The translations under genes were made by a program, and so were the position numbers. Under the pieces are notes generated by a model. The model was not told the origin of the DNA. It made no database searches and saw only the letters and a list, made by a program, of their open reading frames with translations. A stretch of DNA of 63,809 bases, filler included, from Hausera hauseri (lineage: Eukaryota), in assembly GCA_046269625.1 (NCBI GenBank). It is 10 parts of 10 records of this genome, joined end to end, with 100 filler letters (N's around TTAATTAATTAA, not from the genome) between each part and the next. Parts side by side here need not be neighbours in the genome. Positions count along the whole stretch, not along the records: positions 17,162 to 26,652 come from JBJURY010358820.1; positions 26,753 to 35,822 come from JBJURY010471022.1; positions 35,923 to 41,275 come from JBJURY010272841.1; 7 more parts are not named here. One strand, written 5' to 3'. Position 1 is the first letter of the stretch. Each line of letters begins with the position of its first letter. Below are positions 26,301-37,759 of the stretch, piece after piece.

Positions 26301-27569
26301 GAAAAGTATACTTTTGATAGAAAATAGCCTGAAATTCGAGCTGTAGTAAGTTGTTGGTCGCTGACACCGCTCGAATCTCTCGCCGGAGTTGCTAATCCTT
26401 TTTGTCAGTATCCGACAATCGAAGTGTTTGCGTCATCTCACACTTTTTCAATATCGCCTCTTATCAGTCACAAGAATACTATCATATCAAATCTCATGCG
26501 AAAATTTAACACCAAAAAAAATTAATTGGACACTAGTTCTCAAGATATTATGAAAATTATGAGGGACTTCGAGATTAAACTTTCAATGCAGGAAGGAAAA
26601 CACAAGACAAATCAAAGAGAACGAATTCAACGGCATGATGAAAATTTGAATANNNNNNNNNNNNNNNNNNNNNNNNNNNNNNNNNNNNNNNNNNNNTTAA
26701 TTAATTAANNNNNNNNNNNNNNNNNNNNNNNNNNNNNNNNNNNNNNNNNNNNGGAGTTGAAAAACATGGAAGATGGTAGAGTGATTCGTAGAAGAGTGGA
26801 ATGGTTGGAAAGAGTGAACAAGGATCATAAAGGAGATGGGAAAGTAATGGAGCAGCAAAAATAAATAATAAGCAAATTATTAATTATTAATTAGTTTAAA
26901 TATTGGATAAATAATAAATACTTTTAAAAACTCTGGACTTATATTTGATTTATGAGCGAAAAGAAAGCAAGTGAATTCCAGGATTTCGATCCTCCAACTT
27001 TGCCGAGCAAAGTCATCTTTACTGTGTTCATCGGAAGAATCGTAAGTCTTGGTAGAATACCTTATGGGTAGGTTATCATTACTTTCAATAATATTAGAAA
27101 GTCATATAATTATTAGAATCAAGGATCAGCTATAAACAAGAAAGATAACTACTACGAAGAATAGTACTAGTATCAAGGAAAAAGCGATAATTCGTTCAGT
27201 AATCACTATCGTACAATACATGTTCGTTTATTACCCTAACAAGTCAAAAATGGATAATCGAGAGGGAAATGGGATGGAATATTCAATGAGCGTACCCTCC
27301 GGATAATGTTATTCGATTTAATAATTTGGTTACAACCGATTGTTTAAATCATGATATAATATGTATATTATGACCACTCTTGAATTGCGTACAATATTTT
27401 GTTATCAATATAAATGTAATCCCAGAGAAATACCATTTTAGTCGACAGTAGTTGGCAGAAATCTCCTGATTTATTCGTGGACGATAGAGAATGAGTGGGT
27501 GCGGTTATAATGGGAGTGCCCTTATCGTCAGACGGTCTGTTAAAACTACAAGACTACATTAAAGGAATG

Positions 27570-28990
27570 TTATCTCATGGGCCGGGCTGCATGAAAAAAC
27601 GATATGGCCGACATAAGTGCCACTAACTACGGGAATTGCACTAACACTCAGTCAGTGGAGTTACACGTGAGACAAAGAAAATTTCGCGATAACATCGATA
27701 AAGACAATTACTCACTGTTGAACGATAATATGGATGCGGCGATCCCCTTATACTATTGCGAAGCAACAGTCAGAATAAATACTAATACGAATAAACATTA
27801 AATGTAGCTGCTAAGTCAAGGAAATCGTGGAATTTATTAAATGTGAGGGAGCTGTCAGACGTTATTATGAACGACCTCTATAAATTCGGAATAGCTGTTT
27901 GTTAGGACTAAGTGACTGAGTGGACGATTGTGTTTCACAGCGTATAGGGATAAATAGGAAATTACCAATTTAACTGTTCCTTTATCATACATCTTGCGGT
28001 AAGATATGGTAGAGATAATACCACAACGTAGAAATGATTATAATGATCCCCACCTTAATAAGGAATCGTAGATTCACCGTTGATATGGGTAATAATATCT
28101 CACTAACTGATTATGATAAAGGCTGGTAGCACTCTTCAGGTATCATATGATCTACGGAATGTGGAATTAGGAACTGGATTATTTATTGGTAAGCATTATT
28201 ACAGCGTAGGTTCTGCATAATTGTTCCAACATTACAACGGAGGAAAAGAAGCAAGACTGCTGAGTCCATATGATTCAAGGTATGCGATACCGATCTAGTA
28301 CATGGATGCATATAACTTGAACTATTTAAGTTCCCCAAACCTCCTAAGGATCCTTTATCTGGAAGGCACAGACAGTTTCGTATTCTCAACCGCCACTGAA
28401 CCTCCAGGCTTTTAGTCTGGCTCACCTAAGTATATGACGATTGTTTGTGTTCGGTCAACCCACAGTTGATAATGAGTCTACCTACAACAGATAATCTAGG
28501 ATATAAATTACGACGTAAGTAATCTAGGACATGAATTATGACGTGAATTACAGTTGGCCGGTCCATGACTGACGATCGTGGACATGAGAAAAGATCAATG
28601 CTATGTCTGGTTATTTGTATGATTGAAGACCTGGGGAATTACTTCATAAATATAACAGTGCCTAGTTGTAAACATTCCAGTCCCATTTTCAGGAAACCTT
28701 GCAGTATCATGATCGAATATCGCTACCTAATACTACTCATAAGTATGAACTTACATGCCGAATGCATAAATTTACACATGAAATGCGCTGTTTAAGCTAT
28801 TGTAATCATTGGTTACCATACCTTCCACGTGTAGTCACTTGGGATTAATCCTAATCACCTTATCTGTAGAAGAATTAATTTCGTTTATCATCTTACCTTC
28901 AGAGATAATACCTAATTTTACCAGTTCCTCAGGCGCAGACAACTTCCAGGTTTTCAGACCGCTATCGGACTCACAATGTTCATTCATTTT
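27570..28990. pseudogene. Highly decayed viral-type (chuvirus-like) glycoprotein remnant: N-terminal part on + (approx. 27570-27950), middle and C-terminal part on - (approx. 28990-28010)
   Basis: Plus strand: C...DISATNYGNC...IPLYYCEATVRI. Minus strand: CESDSGLKTW...GIISEG, GRLIINC...LEVQWRLRIRNCLCLP...NSSSYMHPCTR, then hydrophobic FLIKVGIIIIISTLWYY. The order matches my recollection of chuvirus G motifs. Confidence 0.4.
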
Positions 28991-29039
28991 CGATTAACCC
29001 TTTCCAGGTTATTTTATATGTTAGGACACCAGAGGGAAA

Positions 29040-29560
29040 TAGTTACGAATTAATTAGGTGCAACTCATAACAGCCCAATGCACCTTCTCATATACAGCGC
29101 CTAACTTGATGTATAGCTGCAAAACCTATAGTGTATAATATAGTTGGACTTTCGCTCATGAGTTAGCAGCAATTTTTTTATTCGTGAACCAGGAGGGCAT
29201 TGGCTGATTGGAGCTAAAGGCAGTTGGTCTAACGTATCGTGCTTATTAGCCGGAATGCTCAAATCAACTTCAAAGACGAGTACACGTCTTTGTGTGACAG
29301 TGTCGACAAAAGGCAATTGACTAAATAGGCTGTTTAATTTATCTTTATCGTAAATTCAAACTAAATTCGCAAATGGCCACAGTTGAGATAAAGCCCAGCA
29401 GTACAAATTATTCACATATATATACAAGATCGTTGTGCTTTCATCAGTGGTAACCCTATGCTTATTTACAGAAGTCATGCCACCGCGAATACCCGATTGG
29501 AAAAAATTATACATTTCTGGATCATGAATGTGCTCAATAAGACATGGACTCGTTGTTGTA
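29040..29560 (-). pseudogene. Fragment of a Polinton/adintovirus-type family B DNA polymerase
   Basis: DPEMYNFFQSGIRGGMTSVNKH, LYIYVNNLYCWALSQ, FEVDLSIP..HDTLDQLPLAP, KKLLLTH...YIIHYR. Visibly homologous to 56902-57306. Confidence 0.88.
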
Positions 29561-29714
29561 TGTATTACTGTATATATTAAAACAAAATCACATAATGTCT
29601 TAACAAATGACACAAAATAAAAGGTCCGTGAATTCGGCACCATCCCGTATGGATTCGATTTTATTTCCAATGGTTTAATCAAGTGAATCCACAAATTTTC
29701 CATCTATTTGTTCT

Positions 29715-30160
29715 ATGCAATCGACAACGGTTTTGAGCCAAATAGCGACTGCACACATGTCAAGAGTTCAATTTGTTTCGGTGTCATCGAAACTGTTAAG
29801 TGCAGAAACAGCTAACAATTCAGCGGTGTTACATTTGGCAAGAGGCCGATCAACAAGGCTTGTGTATCGATAAATTGCCATCGTAAATTTTCGTGATCCG
29901 AATGACCGACGAATAATGATTTCGTTGTGAAAGCATATGGCTGTACTTCAACATTAGCACGACTCACCTTGTTGAGAAAACTTGATTTGCCAACATTTGG
30001 ATAACCAGTCATAATGACCGTTCGACCCGATGTATCAATGGGTGGCAAACGACTCAGATGTTGTCTCGATTCTTCCAAATACTGGAATGTGGTTTGCGTG
30101 TTTTTTCTGCCTCATCAACTTCACCATTTTACCGAGAACCAGTCGTTTCAATGTCTATCA
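29715..30160 (-). pseudogene. GTPBP4: Nucleolar GTP-binding protein 1 (NOG1/GTPBP4) fragment
   Basis: LKRLVLGKM...[61 protein letters not shown]. Frameshifted and truncated at both ends. Confidence 0.9.
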
Positions 30161-31152
30161 ACGATAATGATAGTAGTTTTTTTTCAATGTTCTGATTTAA
30201 CCAGCAATTCATTTTGTCGCTTAAATGTTTTGTTAGAAATTCTTCATTAATAACCGGATGGTAGATGAAATCTCTATCGACATCTACAAATACCAATTTG
30301 TCATTAAACGCGATTTGATACTTCCCAAGTGAAGACTAACTAGCAATTCGATCTTTTTCAATGGAAGATGTTTCTTCAAGGTCTTCCAGTTGGTTTTTGA
30401 ATAAGATTTTTCTTCTTAAGGTATTACTAATGTCGCATGTATCACACAGTGTTTTGGGGCCAAAATCTTTGCACTGCAAACTTGAGGCTTTTCAAACCAA
30501 GTATTAAAGTACTCCAAAGATTCCATCAATATTTCTAAAAATTTTCAGTGTAATTGTTGATTATTAAGACAAATTCTAGTCTGCGTGAATGTTCATTTAG
30601 CCGGTAGATGATATCTTCCTGATGCTTTTTCATTAGTCTCAAGGCAAAATTCACACTTCTAAAGTTTTGGAACTATTTAAAGTTGTCTGTCATTATTTAT
30701 GTGTCTGCAATTGTTCGTCACGAAATATTCAATCGTGTGTGTCGTTATTTAACAGAATTAGAAATTTTGCGTGTAACCAACTACATACGTGCGTTAAAAT
30801 GTTAGGAATATTTTTTAACTTGACCTAACATTGATCATTTACTAGCAATTGAAAATGAGGTAATATCACTGGAAAGCTTGTGAAGACATTTAAAAGTACA
30901 TATACGTCCTTTTCATACTTTTGGATTGGATGACACGTAATATGTACCAAGAATTACATCATCTGCCGAAAAAGGTCCAATGTGCACGTATGTATTTCCG
31001 AATAATGATATGGAATAAACATTTACTCGACGTCTTTGTTATATCAACTGTTTTAAAGAAATCTTAAGTAAACCATTCTGAAGAGTGATGATTCTAAAAT
31101 AACTGAGTGAATTATGGTTCTGATTTGATGGTAATTTTCTCGTCTAACTCGA

Positions 31153-31236
31153 CTATCGATCTGACCCGGTGATAGCGGACGCCCAGCTGTGTCCAACCAA
31201 ATCGGCCAAAGGGCACCGGCCGCGCTGGACATCACG
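31153..31236 (-). mobile_element. Solo-LTR remnant related to the 3' LTR of the contig-4 gypsy element
   Basis: Reverse complement GCGGCCGGTGCCCTTTGGCCGATTTGGTTGGACACAGCTGGGC aligns with GCGGCTGGTGCCCTTTGACCCATTTGGTTGGGCACGGCCGGGC at approx. 26134-26177. Confidence 0.8.
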
Positions 31237-31447
31237 CATACATTTTATAAAAAGTTAAGAGGTTCGGGAATTATATTTAAATTTCGAAAATTGTGCACAA
31301 AAATACATTCGTGCAGTTTCTCAAATTTGGTTCTGTATCTGTTATCTCTTTACTTTTCGTGGATTCTAATTAATTTTTCCAATCATTGTGCGCATTTGAA
31401 AATGAAAGACAAATAAATAATAAGGCCAAATGTATATTTGAAGAGAA

Positions 31448-34400
31448 CTAATAACTGCGACCAAACAGAGTGAAATACAGCGGTTTATTTTCACAGTCTT
31501 CACGAACGCATTTATTCCCAAGACCAGCCGGTTGGTCCAGTGGAATACACAAAGATTTCGCACCCATTGCCGGAGCACCTTCTTCCACGACAGCATTTCC
31601 AGCACTAATTTCCTTGATAGAATCTTCACATTTCCTATCACCACAGAACGGTGCCAAAATGAGCATTTTCTTATCGAGTGCCGCCGACAAATCCTTCAAA
31701 TTGTACGCAGTGATGATGTGATCATCTTGTTGTCGTTTCGCCTTTGCAAACATCTCCTTATGGATCGTGTCCAATTTCTCTGGCACCAATTTCTCCACAC
31801 TCTCATCCGGGATCGACTCCTTCACTCCATTGTACCGATAACACAATACGACCTGCTGTTTGACCAGATCTTTCGGTCCAATCTCCAATCGAATCGGGAC
31901 ACCTTTCAATTCCCATTGATTGAATTTCCATCCCGGTAATCGATTATCATCCAAATCAGTAACGACACGCACACCAACAGATTCCAATCGCTGACAAATA
32001 TCGTTGCATTTATCGAGCAATGTCTGTTTGTCATCATCAGTTGACTTGACTGTAATTCCACACGGAATAATGACAACCTGTACATCAGCAACCCGCGGTG
32101 GTAATACAACACCCTTATCATCACCATGGACCATTACAGCCACACCAATTGTTCTTGTTGTCATTCCCCATGAATTCTGATGAGCATATTCCATTGATTG
32201 GTTCTTATCCGTAAATCGAATGTCGTACATTTTACTGAAATTCTGACCCAAATGATGAGACGTCGCACCCTGAATTCCACGACCACTGCCGGCAATGTAC
32301 ACCTCAGTCGTTGTCGTGAAATCTCCACCGGGGAATTTCTCCTTCTCCGTTTTGCGACCCTTAATACAGGGAATGGCCAGAAGATCCTCATAAACATCAG
32401 CATAAATGTCCAGAATTTCGTACACCTCCTTCTCTGCGTCAGCTCGATTTGAATACGCTGTGTGTCCCTCCTGCCATAGGAATTCTCGTGTTCGCAGGAA
32501 CGGTGTCGGCTGTTTGAATTCCCATCGTACGACATTACACCATTGGTTCAATTTCAATGGCAAATCACGATGGGATTTGATCCATTTAGCGTAGTACGGA
32601 TACATGACCGTTTCACTGGTTGGTCGAATTGCGATATGCTCCTTCATTTCCGTATCTCCACTTTTCGTTACCCATGCTACTTCCGGTGAGAAATCTGCAA
32701 TATGGTCCTTTTCTTTGTTCAGATTGGATTTCGATACGAATAATGGGAAATAACATTTCTTTACACCGAGTGCCTTAAATCGTCGATTCAAATACGACTG
32801 AATGTTATCCCAGATCTCACACGCCCACGGACGTAGAATGTAACATCCGCTGATGTCGTAATACTCGATCATTTCGCTCTTTGTGATTACCTCGATGTAC
32901 CATTGAGGAAATGAATCAGCCATTGACACTTCCAAACCCAATCTTGTTTGTTTCTTCAAATTTGCATCTACAGATATGTCAGTTGGTTCCTCGAATTCGG
33001 CTCCTTTGGGTATCTTCTCTTTTGACTCTTGTGCTTTATTCTCTTTCTTTTTCGTTTTCTCATTCTTTGCACCATCCCCACTCTTTGACTTCTCAACTGC
33101 AGCAGTGTTGCTCTTGTCGACTTTCTTCGCTCCACCAGCCGGTCGTTCCTTCTTATTACCCTCAGGAATATTAATCAACACTAACGGATATTCTCTACCA
33201 CCACACTTAGTCGCACTGCCGTATTCCTCATCACAAATGAAATATCCTTTCCTCTGCAACTGGACAATATCGCCTTTTTTCAAATTAGCCAATTCAATAT
33301 CGCCATATAAACAGATTTCTTCTTTCGATTCTTTATTAACGTACTGTTTGAAATCATCATCTTTATCCAACAAACTTTTCGATATCAGTGAGTCATAGTA
33401 AACCGTTGAGACCGGTATGTCAAATAACTGCCTCTCCTCATTCTCACCCAATGGCAGCCACGTTACTTTTTGGGTCTTTTTGAAATCTTTGTCATCCAGA
33501 TTCAATTCGGCATTAACTGATTCGACGGTACCATCTTTTGATTTGTTAATCTTGTTTATTTTCAAATTACCCCAATTGATAAATGTAACATTCGTTTCTT
33601 CAACAAAATCGGCTGCATCGATTTTTTCAACGAGAACATGCGGACTGAACCAAATTGATTTGTTACCAATTTCGGGATTCTTCGGATGTTTTGCAACATC
33701 GGACTTGGTAACTGAATTTTGTCCAGCAACATGAACAACGACGTGATCAACACCACCTGCCAATATGCCGGTATATCGCGGAACGATGGCATCAATAACT
33801 TTTTTATTGAATGCCCAAATTTTATCCCATTCCATAAATACAACAGAGCGACCGAAACCCTGAGAAAGAATAAATTCCTTCAGTCCTTCGATAGTCAGAC
33901 CATGACGAAGTATTCCTCGGACAGTTGGCATACGAGGATCATCCCAACCACTAACATATCCCTGATTGACAATCCATGTCAATTTCCGTTTAGACAAAAC
34001 AGTATTTTGAAGAGATAATCGACTGTAATCTGATATTTCCGGTTTGCGTAAATTGAGCATATCAAGAATTCTATAGAACTGTTCGTTACGATCGTTGTAC
34101 TCGCTCGTCCGCAATGTGTGTGTCACACCTTCGATACTGTCGACAATTGGACAAGCAAAATCGTAGGTCGGATAAACGTTATATTTATCACCGGTTCTGA
34201 TATGTTTTTCTTTTTTGCAGCGGTAAATTGTTGGATCTCGCATACAACCGTTTTTAGACTGCATGTCCATTTTAATTCGGATGCAATATTTCTCACCAAC
34301 TTTTGTCCCGGCTTTCATTTCTTTCCATAAGGTCATGTTTTCGTCAACCGACTGATTACGGCACTTGGAAATTATACATTGTTCACGTTCTTTTCTCATC

Positions 34401-35092
34401 GTTTCGGAATCTGTATTATCGGCATAGGCATTGTTGCTGATTATTAACTGATCACAATAATTCATCAATTCATCGAAATAATCTGATGTGTATGTCAGAG
34501 CGTCGTACGTAATGCCAAGACTTTTAACATCCTCTAAAATGATTTTTTCAAATTCTTCGGATTCTTTTGCCGGATTGGTGTCATCAAATCTCATTATCAA
34601 TTTTCCATCATAATTATCCTTATAATGCTGGTTGATTAACGCTGCTTTGGCATGACCGATATGCAAATAGCCACTGGCTTCCGGAGGGAATCTAACGACC
34701 ACTTTGCCTTTTTCGGCATTTTTCAATGGTATAAACATACCTCCTTCTTCAAATTTTACGTTGCTAGCCAATTTTTCTTGAGCAACTTCTTTTGGCTTTT
34801 TTAACTCCCGTGGTTTTTCGATTTGCGATTTTACATAATTTTTAATGTCGGGTAACGAAGATAAAAAATTCACATATCGTTCAATATTTGACGAAACTGC
34901 CTTGTTTTTCAAATCATTCATAAACTCAGCATTTTTGATTAAAGTAGAATAAACAATCTGGTCAGCTTCAGTAAGACTGTCATTAACTAGAAAAGTTCGA
35001 AAACGAATATTTTCCTCCAGCTGTAAAATTAGATTTGAGAAATCACATCGTTTGGCTAACTGTTTCCAATTTTCAATTTGTAATTTATCCAT
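31448..35092 (-). CDS. EPRS: Bifunctional glutamyl-prolyl-tRNA synthetase, 1214 aa, single coding exon, no WHEP repeats
   Basis: GluRS: RFPPEASGYLHIGH, RFDDTNP, YPTYDFACP, VLSKRKL, GWDDPR. ProRS: KKQTRLGL, IRPTSET, VRWEFK..PFLRTREFLWQEGH, QGATSHHLGQNFS, C-terminal FGRSY. The ORF is intact. A probable 56-nt 5'UTR intron spans 35150-35095. Confidence 0.98.
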   Translation of the reverse strand: MDKLQIENWKQLAKRCDFSNLILQLEENIRFRTFLVNDSLTEADQIVYSTLIKNAEFMNDLKNKAVSSNIERYVNFLSSLPDIKNYVKSQIEKPRELKKPKEVAQEKLASNVKFEEGGMFIPLKNAEKGKVVVRFPPEASGYLHIGHAKAALINQHYKDNYDGKLIMRFDDTNPAKESEEFEKIILEDVKSLGITYDALTYTSDYFDELMNYCDQLIISNNAYADNTDSETMRKEREQCIISKCRNQSVDENMTLWKEMKAGTKVGEKYCIRIKMDMQSKNGCMRDPTIYRCKKEKHIRTGDKYNVYPTYDFACPIVDSIEGVTHTLRTSEYNDRNEQFYRILDMLNLRKPEISDYSRLSLQNTVLSKRKLTWIVNQGYVSGWDDPRMPTVRGILRHGLTIEGLKEFILSQGFGRSVVFMEWDKIWAFNKKVIDAIVPRYTGILAGGVDHVVVHVAGQNSVTKSDVAKHPKNPEIGNKSIWFSPHVLVEKIDAADFVEETNVTFINWGNLKINKINKSKDGTVESVNAELNLDDKDFKKTQKVTWLPLGENEERQLFDIPVSTVYYDSLISKSLLDKDDDFKQYVNKESKEEICLYGDIELANLKKGDIVQLQRKGYFICDEEYGSATKCGGREYPLVLINIPEGNKKERPAGGAKKVDKSNTAAVEKSKSGDGAKNEKTKKKENKAQESKEKIPKGAEFEEPTDISVDANLKKQTRLGLEVSMADSFPQWYIEVITKSEMIEYYDISGCYILRPWACEIWDNIQSYLNRRFKALGVKKCYFPLFVSKSNLNKEKDHIADFSPEVAWVTKSGDTEMKEHIAIRPTSETVMYPYYAKWIKSHRDLPLKLNQWCNVVRWEFKQPTPFLRTREFLWQEGHTAYSNRADAEKEVYEILDIYADVYEDLLAIPCIKGRKTEKEKFPGGDFTTTTEVYIAGSGRGIQGATSHHLGQNFSKMYDIRFTDKNQSMEYAHQNSWGMTTRTIGVAVMVHGDDKGVVLPPRVADVQVVIIPCGITVKSTDDDKQTLLDKCNDICQRLESVGVRVVTDLDDNRLPGWKFNQWELKGVPIRLEIGPKDLVKQQVVLCYRYNGVKESIPDESVEKLVPEKLDTIHKEMFAKAKRQQDDHIITAYNLKDLSAALDKKMLILAPFCGDRKCEDSIKEISAGNAVVEEGAPAMGAKSLCIPLDQPAGLGNKCVREDCENKPLYFTLFGRSY

Positions 35093-35745
35093 ATCTAAAA
35101 CCGAAACGAATCACGGATAAAATGAAAACAAGAATAAAATTTCATCATACCTGCTAAGTCAAAACGTCAACCTCAAACAATTATTTAAACAAAAGTTATT
35201 TAAATATAAATTTATTAAAATCATATTAACGGATATTTTGATGTTATATTTTTTGACAAAAAGTTATGACTCCGTTGCTATGTATAAATGGCTTGAAATA
35301 TACATGACAAACAAACAATTTTAGTCTAATTTACTGATATACTGGGTTACATTTGCATTTGTTAAAATTCAATAAAGCCTTTGATGTTGCTTAATGAATT
35401 TAATAACCTAAGCATACCCGTCTACACACTCAATAGAATTTTAAAAATTTGAATCCTAACTGAGTATCTAACGCCACCTTTAGTTAATTTACAGCATATA
35501 CCCGTCTCTAACTCTAAGAATGGGAGTGAAATTGTGGAACACTTAAAAATTACAACGTTTTCAATTTGTGTACAAAATTATTATTTAAATTTAATTTATC
35601 AATGCAACCTTATATAATTATACTATATATTATTTCAAACGAAAATAAACACAGAGCAATATCTATTTTAATCAATCATATTGAATTCAAAGTTTACAAT
35701 AATTTTCTCAGAAGTTGATTTTTAAAAAATTCAGTTTTCTGACAA

Positions 35746-35788
35746 ATGGCTACTGCACCTCCACCTTATGAAAATTATGAGAAACAAG
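35746..35788 (+). CDS. Possible first exon of a gene divergent from EPRS (MATAPPPYENYEKQ)
   Basis: ATG, a PPPY motif and a CAAG|GT donor near the contig end; very short. Confidence 0.25.
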
Positions 35789-36815
35789 GTGAAATCTGAC
35801 AATTTAATGATCTACTATTTAANNNNNNNNNNNNNNNNNNNNNNNNNNNNNNNNNNNNNNNNNNNNTTAATTAATTAANNNNNNNNNNNNNNNNNNNNNN
35901 NNNNNNNNNNNNNNNNNNNNNNGTGAATTTGCAACCTTATAAAGTAATAGCTCAACCAAGAGGATCTACCAGTTTAACAGTATAACTATAGGTAGATCAA
36001 ATTGAATTAATTATAAATTATATTCGTCTATGATTACATAAGTCAGAACATTTACCAGAAATTTAACCGTGCAAATACTCATTTAAGTTATATCTTCGAG
36101 AAAGTTAGTGGTCACTCCGGCGGAATCAAGCAGATAGAAAGAGATTACTTATTATCGTTCTGAAATTAAAAGCAATGGACAACCGACAGGTGGAATCGAC
36201 CGTGGACCAAGATAATAGTATCGGTAAATATTGTGTTAAATTTTAAATAGATATTAACATTAAGAAATAAATGAAAGTTTATAAAGTTATGCCGCTATGT
36301 TGATATTTTATGTATGTTTCATTTCAATAAAGTATTGACAAAATCGGTACAGTTACTGCTAAGGTAACTTAGATACGATGAGTTGAGTCGTTCTAAGAAA
36401 TTTTGTAGTTTCAAATTAATGGCACTTTAAAACACTTTATGGACAGAAATTGAATGGATCCTTACATATCTAATGAGCGAAGTACAATTGTGCCTCGTTA
36501 TCCGACCATAAACCGTTATAGAAAGCTGGTCACGTTCCGAGCAGTTTTTATTTTTATCACTTTAGACCACTTTATATGAAACTTTCTCTCATCCACACCA
36601 TCTAAACAACATATACAGACTCACATATGTACATAGACCCATGTCCCTCCCTCTCGCCTCCCCCACAGTGTTTTGATAAATGTCCATGAACAAATTCCGT
36701 CTTGCATCCAACAACTTTTTGTCGTCGTCTGCACTCTTCTAGCCTCATTCTGGTGATCACTTTTAGTCAGGACTAGGAGAAAAGTGAAGACCATATTACT
36801 TGTATTTTTTTCTAG

Positions 36816-36951
36816 GTGTTACCCCTGAAATGGAGATCCTGATGCAGAGGAGAATCTATCCATTCCTCCTGATGGTGGTGTCACTCATCGGCATCCTGTC
36901 TTTCCAGATCAGACAGTTTAAACGACTTTATGAGCACATCAAAAATGACAA
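36816..36951 (+). CDS. MARCHF6: Single vertebrate/teleost-like exon of E3 ligase MARCH6 (near the C-terminus)
   Basis: GVTPEMEILMQRRIYPFLLMVVSLIGILSFQIRQFKRLYEHIKNDK matches the vertebrate MARCH6 C-terminal region. Polypyrimidine-AG acceptor at 36814-36815 and GT donor at 36952-36953. Codons are GC3-rich. No other MARCH6 exon was recognised in the contig. Confidence 0.9.
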
Positions 36952-36974
36952 GTATGAATGTTCCGGTCTTCCAT

Positions 36975-37260
36975 CATTTTTTTTGACAATTCTAAAGGCA
37001 ACTTTAAGGAAGCTTATATTTCACACAGAGTTGTACCATATGAGCAATCTTACCCACAATCGGTAGCTGATAGTTTAAGTAAACAGATTGAAAATTTTTC
37101 CGATATGGGTAGTGAGTTGAAGCTTGTGAAGATTCTTAAATACTGTTTCCATATATTTAAAACAAGTCTATAACCCTACTTGTCTAGCAAGTCCTATATT
37201 CAAACACCTAATGCTTTAAAAAATGCAATGACCGTTGTAAATACCCAAAATGAGGGCTGT
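36975..37260 (+). pseudogene. N-terminal fragment of a Polinton-type PolB
   Basis: FDNSKGNFKEAYISHRVVPYEQ...IENFSDMGS...SYIQTPNALKNAMTVVNTQN aligns by eye with FENVEGDRKQWYLSHRAVPY*E...IASYTEKGS...SFIATPAALKQSLSVANVKN at approx. 59045-58775 (-). Confidence 0.8.
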
Positions 37261-37759
37261 AATTCTACCGATAATGTCGACATTGGTTAAACGCTAACAG
37301 AGTCAAGTTGAGGATGATAATTCCAAAAAAATAAATCCAAGTTTCCAAAAGAGCATACTACGTACAAAGTTTATTTACAACAGATATAACGTGAATTGTT
37401 ATGTACGGAAAAATTCAAAACTTAATCAATTTTTAGTCATCAGTTATTTCAAATCATGAATTTATTCATGCTCTTCACGATCCAAATGCAAACAAATAAT
37501 GAGACATTATGGATTTGGCTTCACCAATTTTACTTGTTAAAAACAATTGAGGTAAACTTGCAACAGATTCCAAATAAAAGAAAAGGTCCAAAATAACGCA
37601 ATAAACAAGAAAGAAATGTTTATGCTTCACCAAAATTTTTTGACAAAAAAGAATTTGAAATTGTTCACACACTGTTAAACGTGTCAATTGTAACTTTTGC
37701 AAAATGTTCAAACAAATACTGTTGGCACACCTTTATCTAAGATGACAACTTTTGTATCG

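Noticed and set aside
31470-34330. Antisense ORFs over EPRS
   Set aside because: Short, fragmented and expected opposite a long coding sequence; no recognisable motifs.
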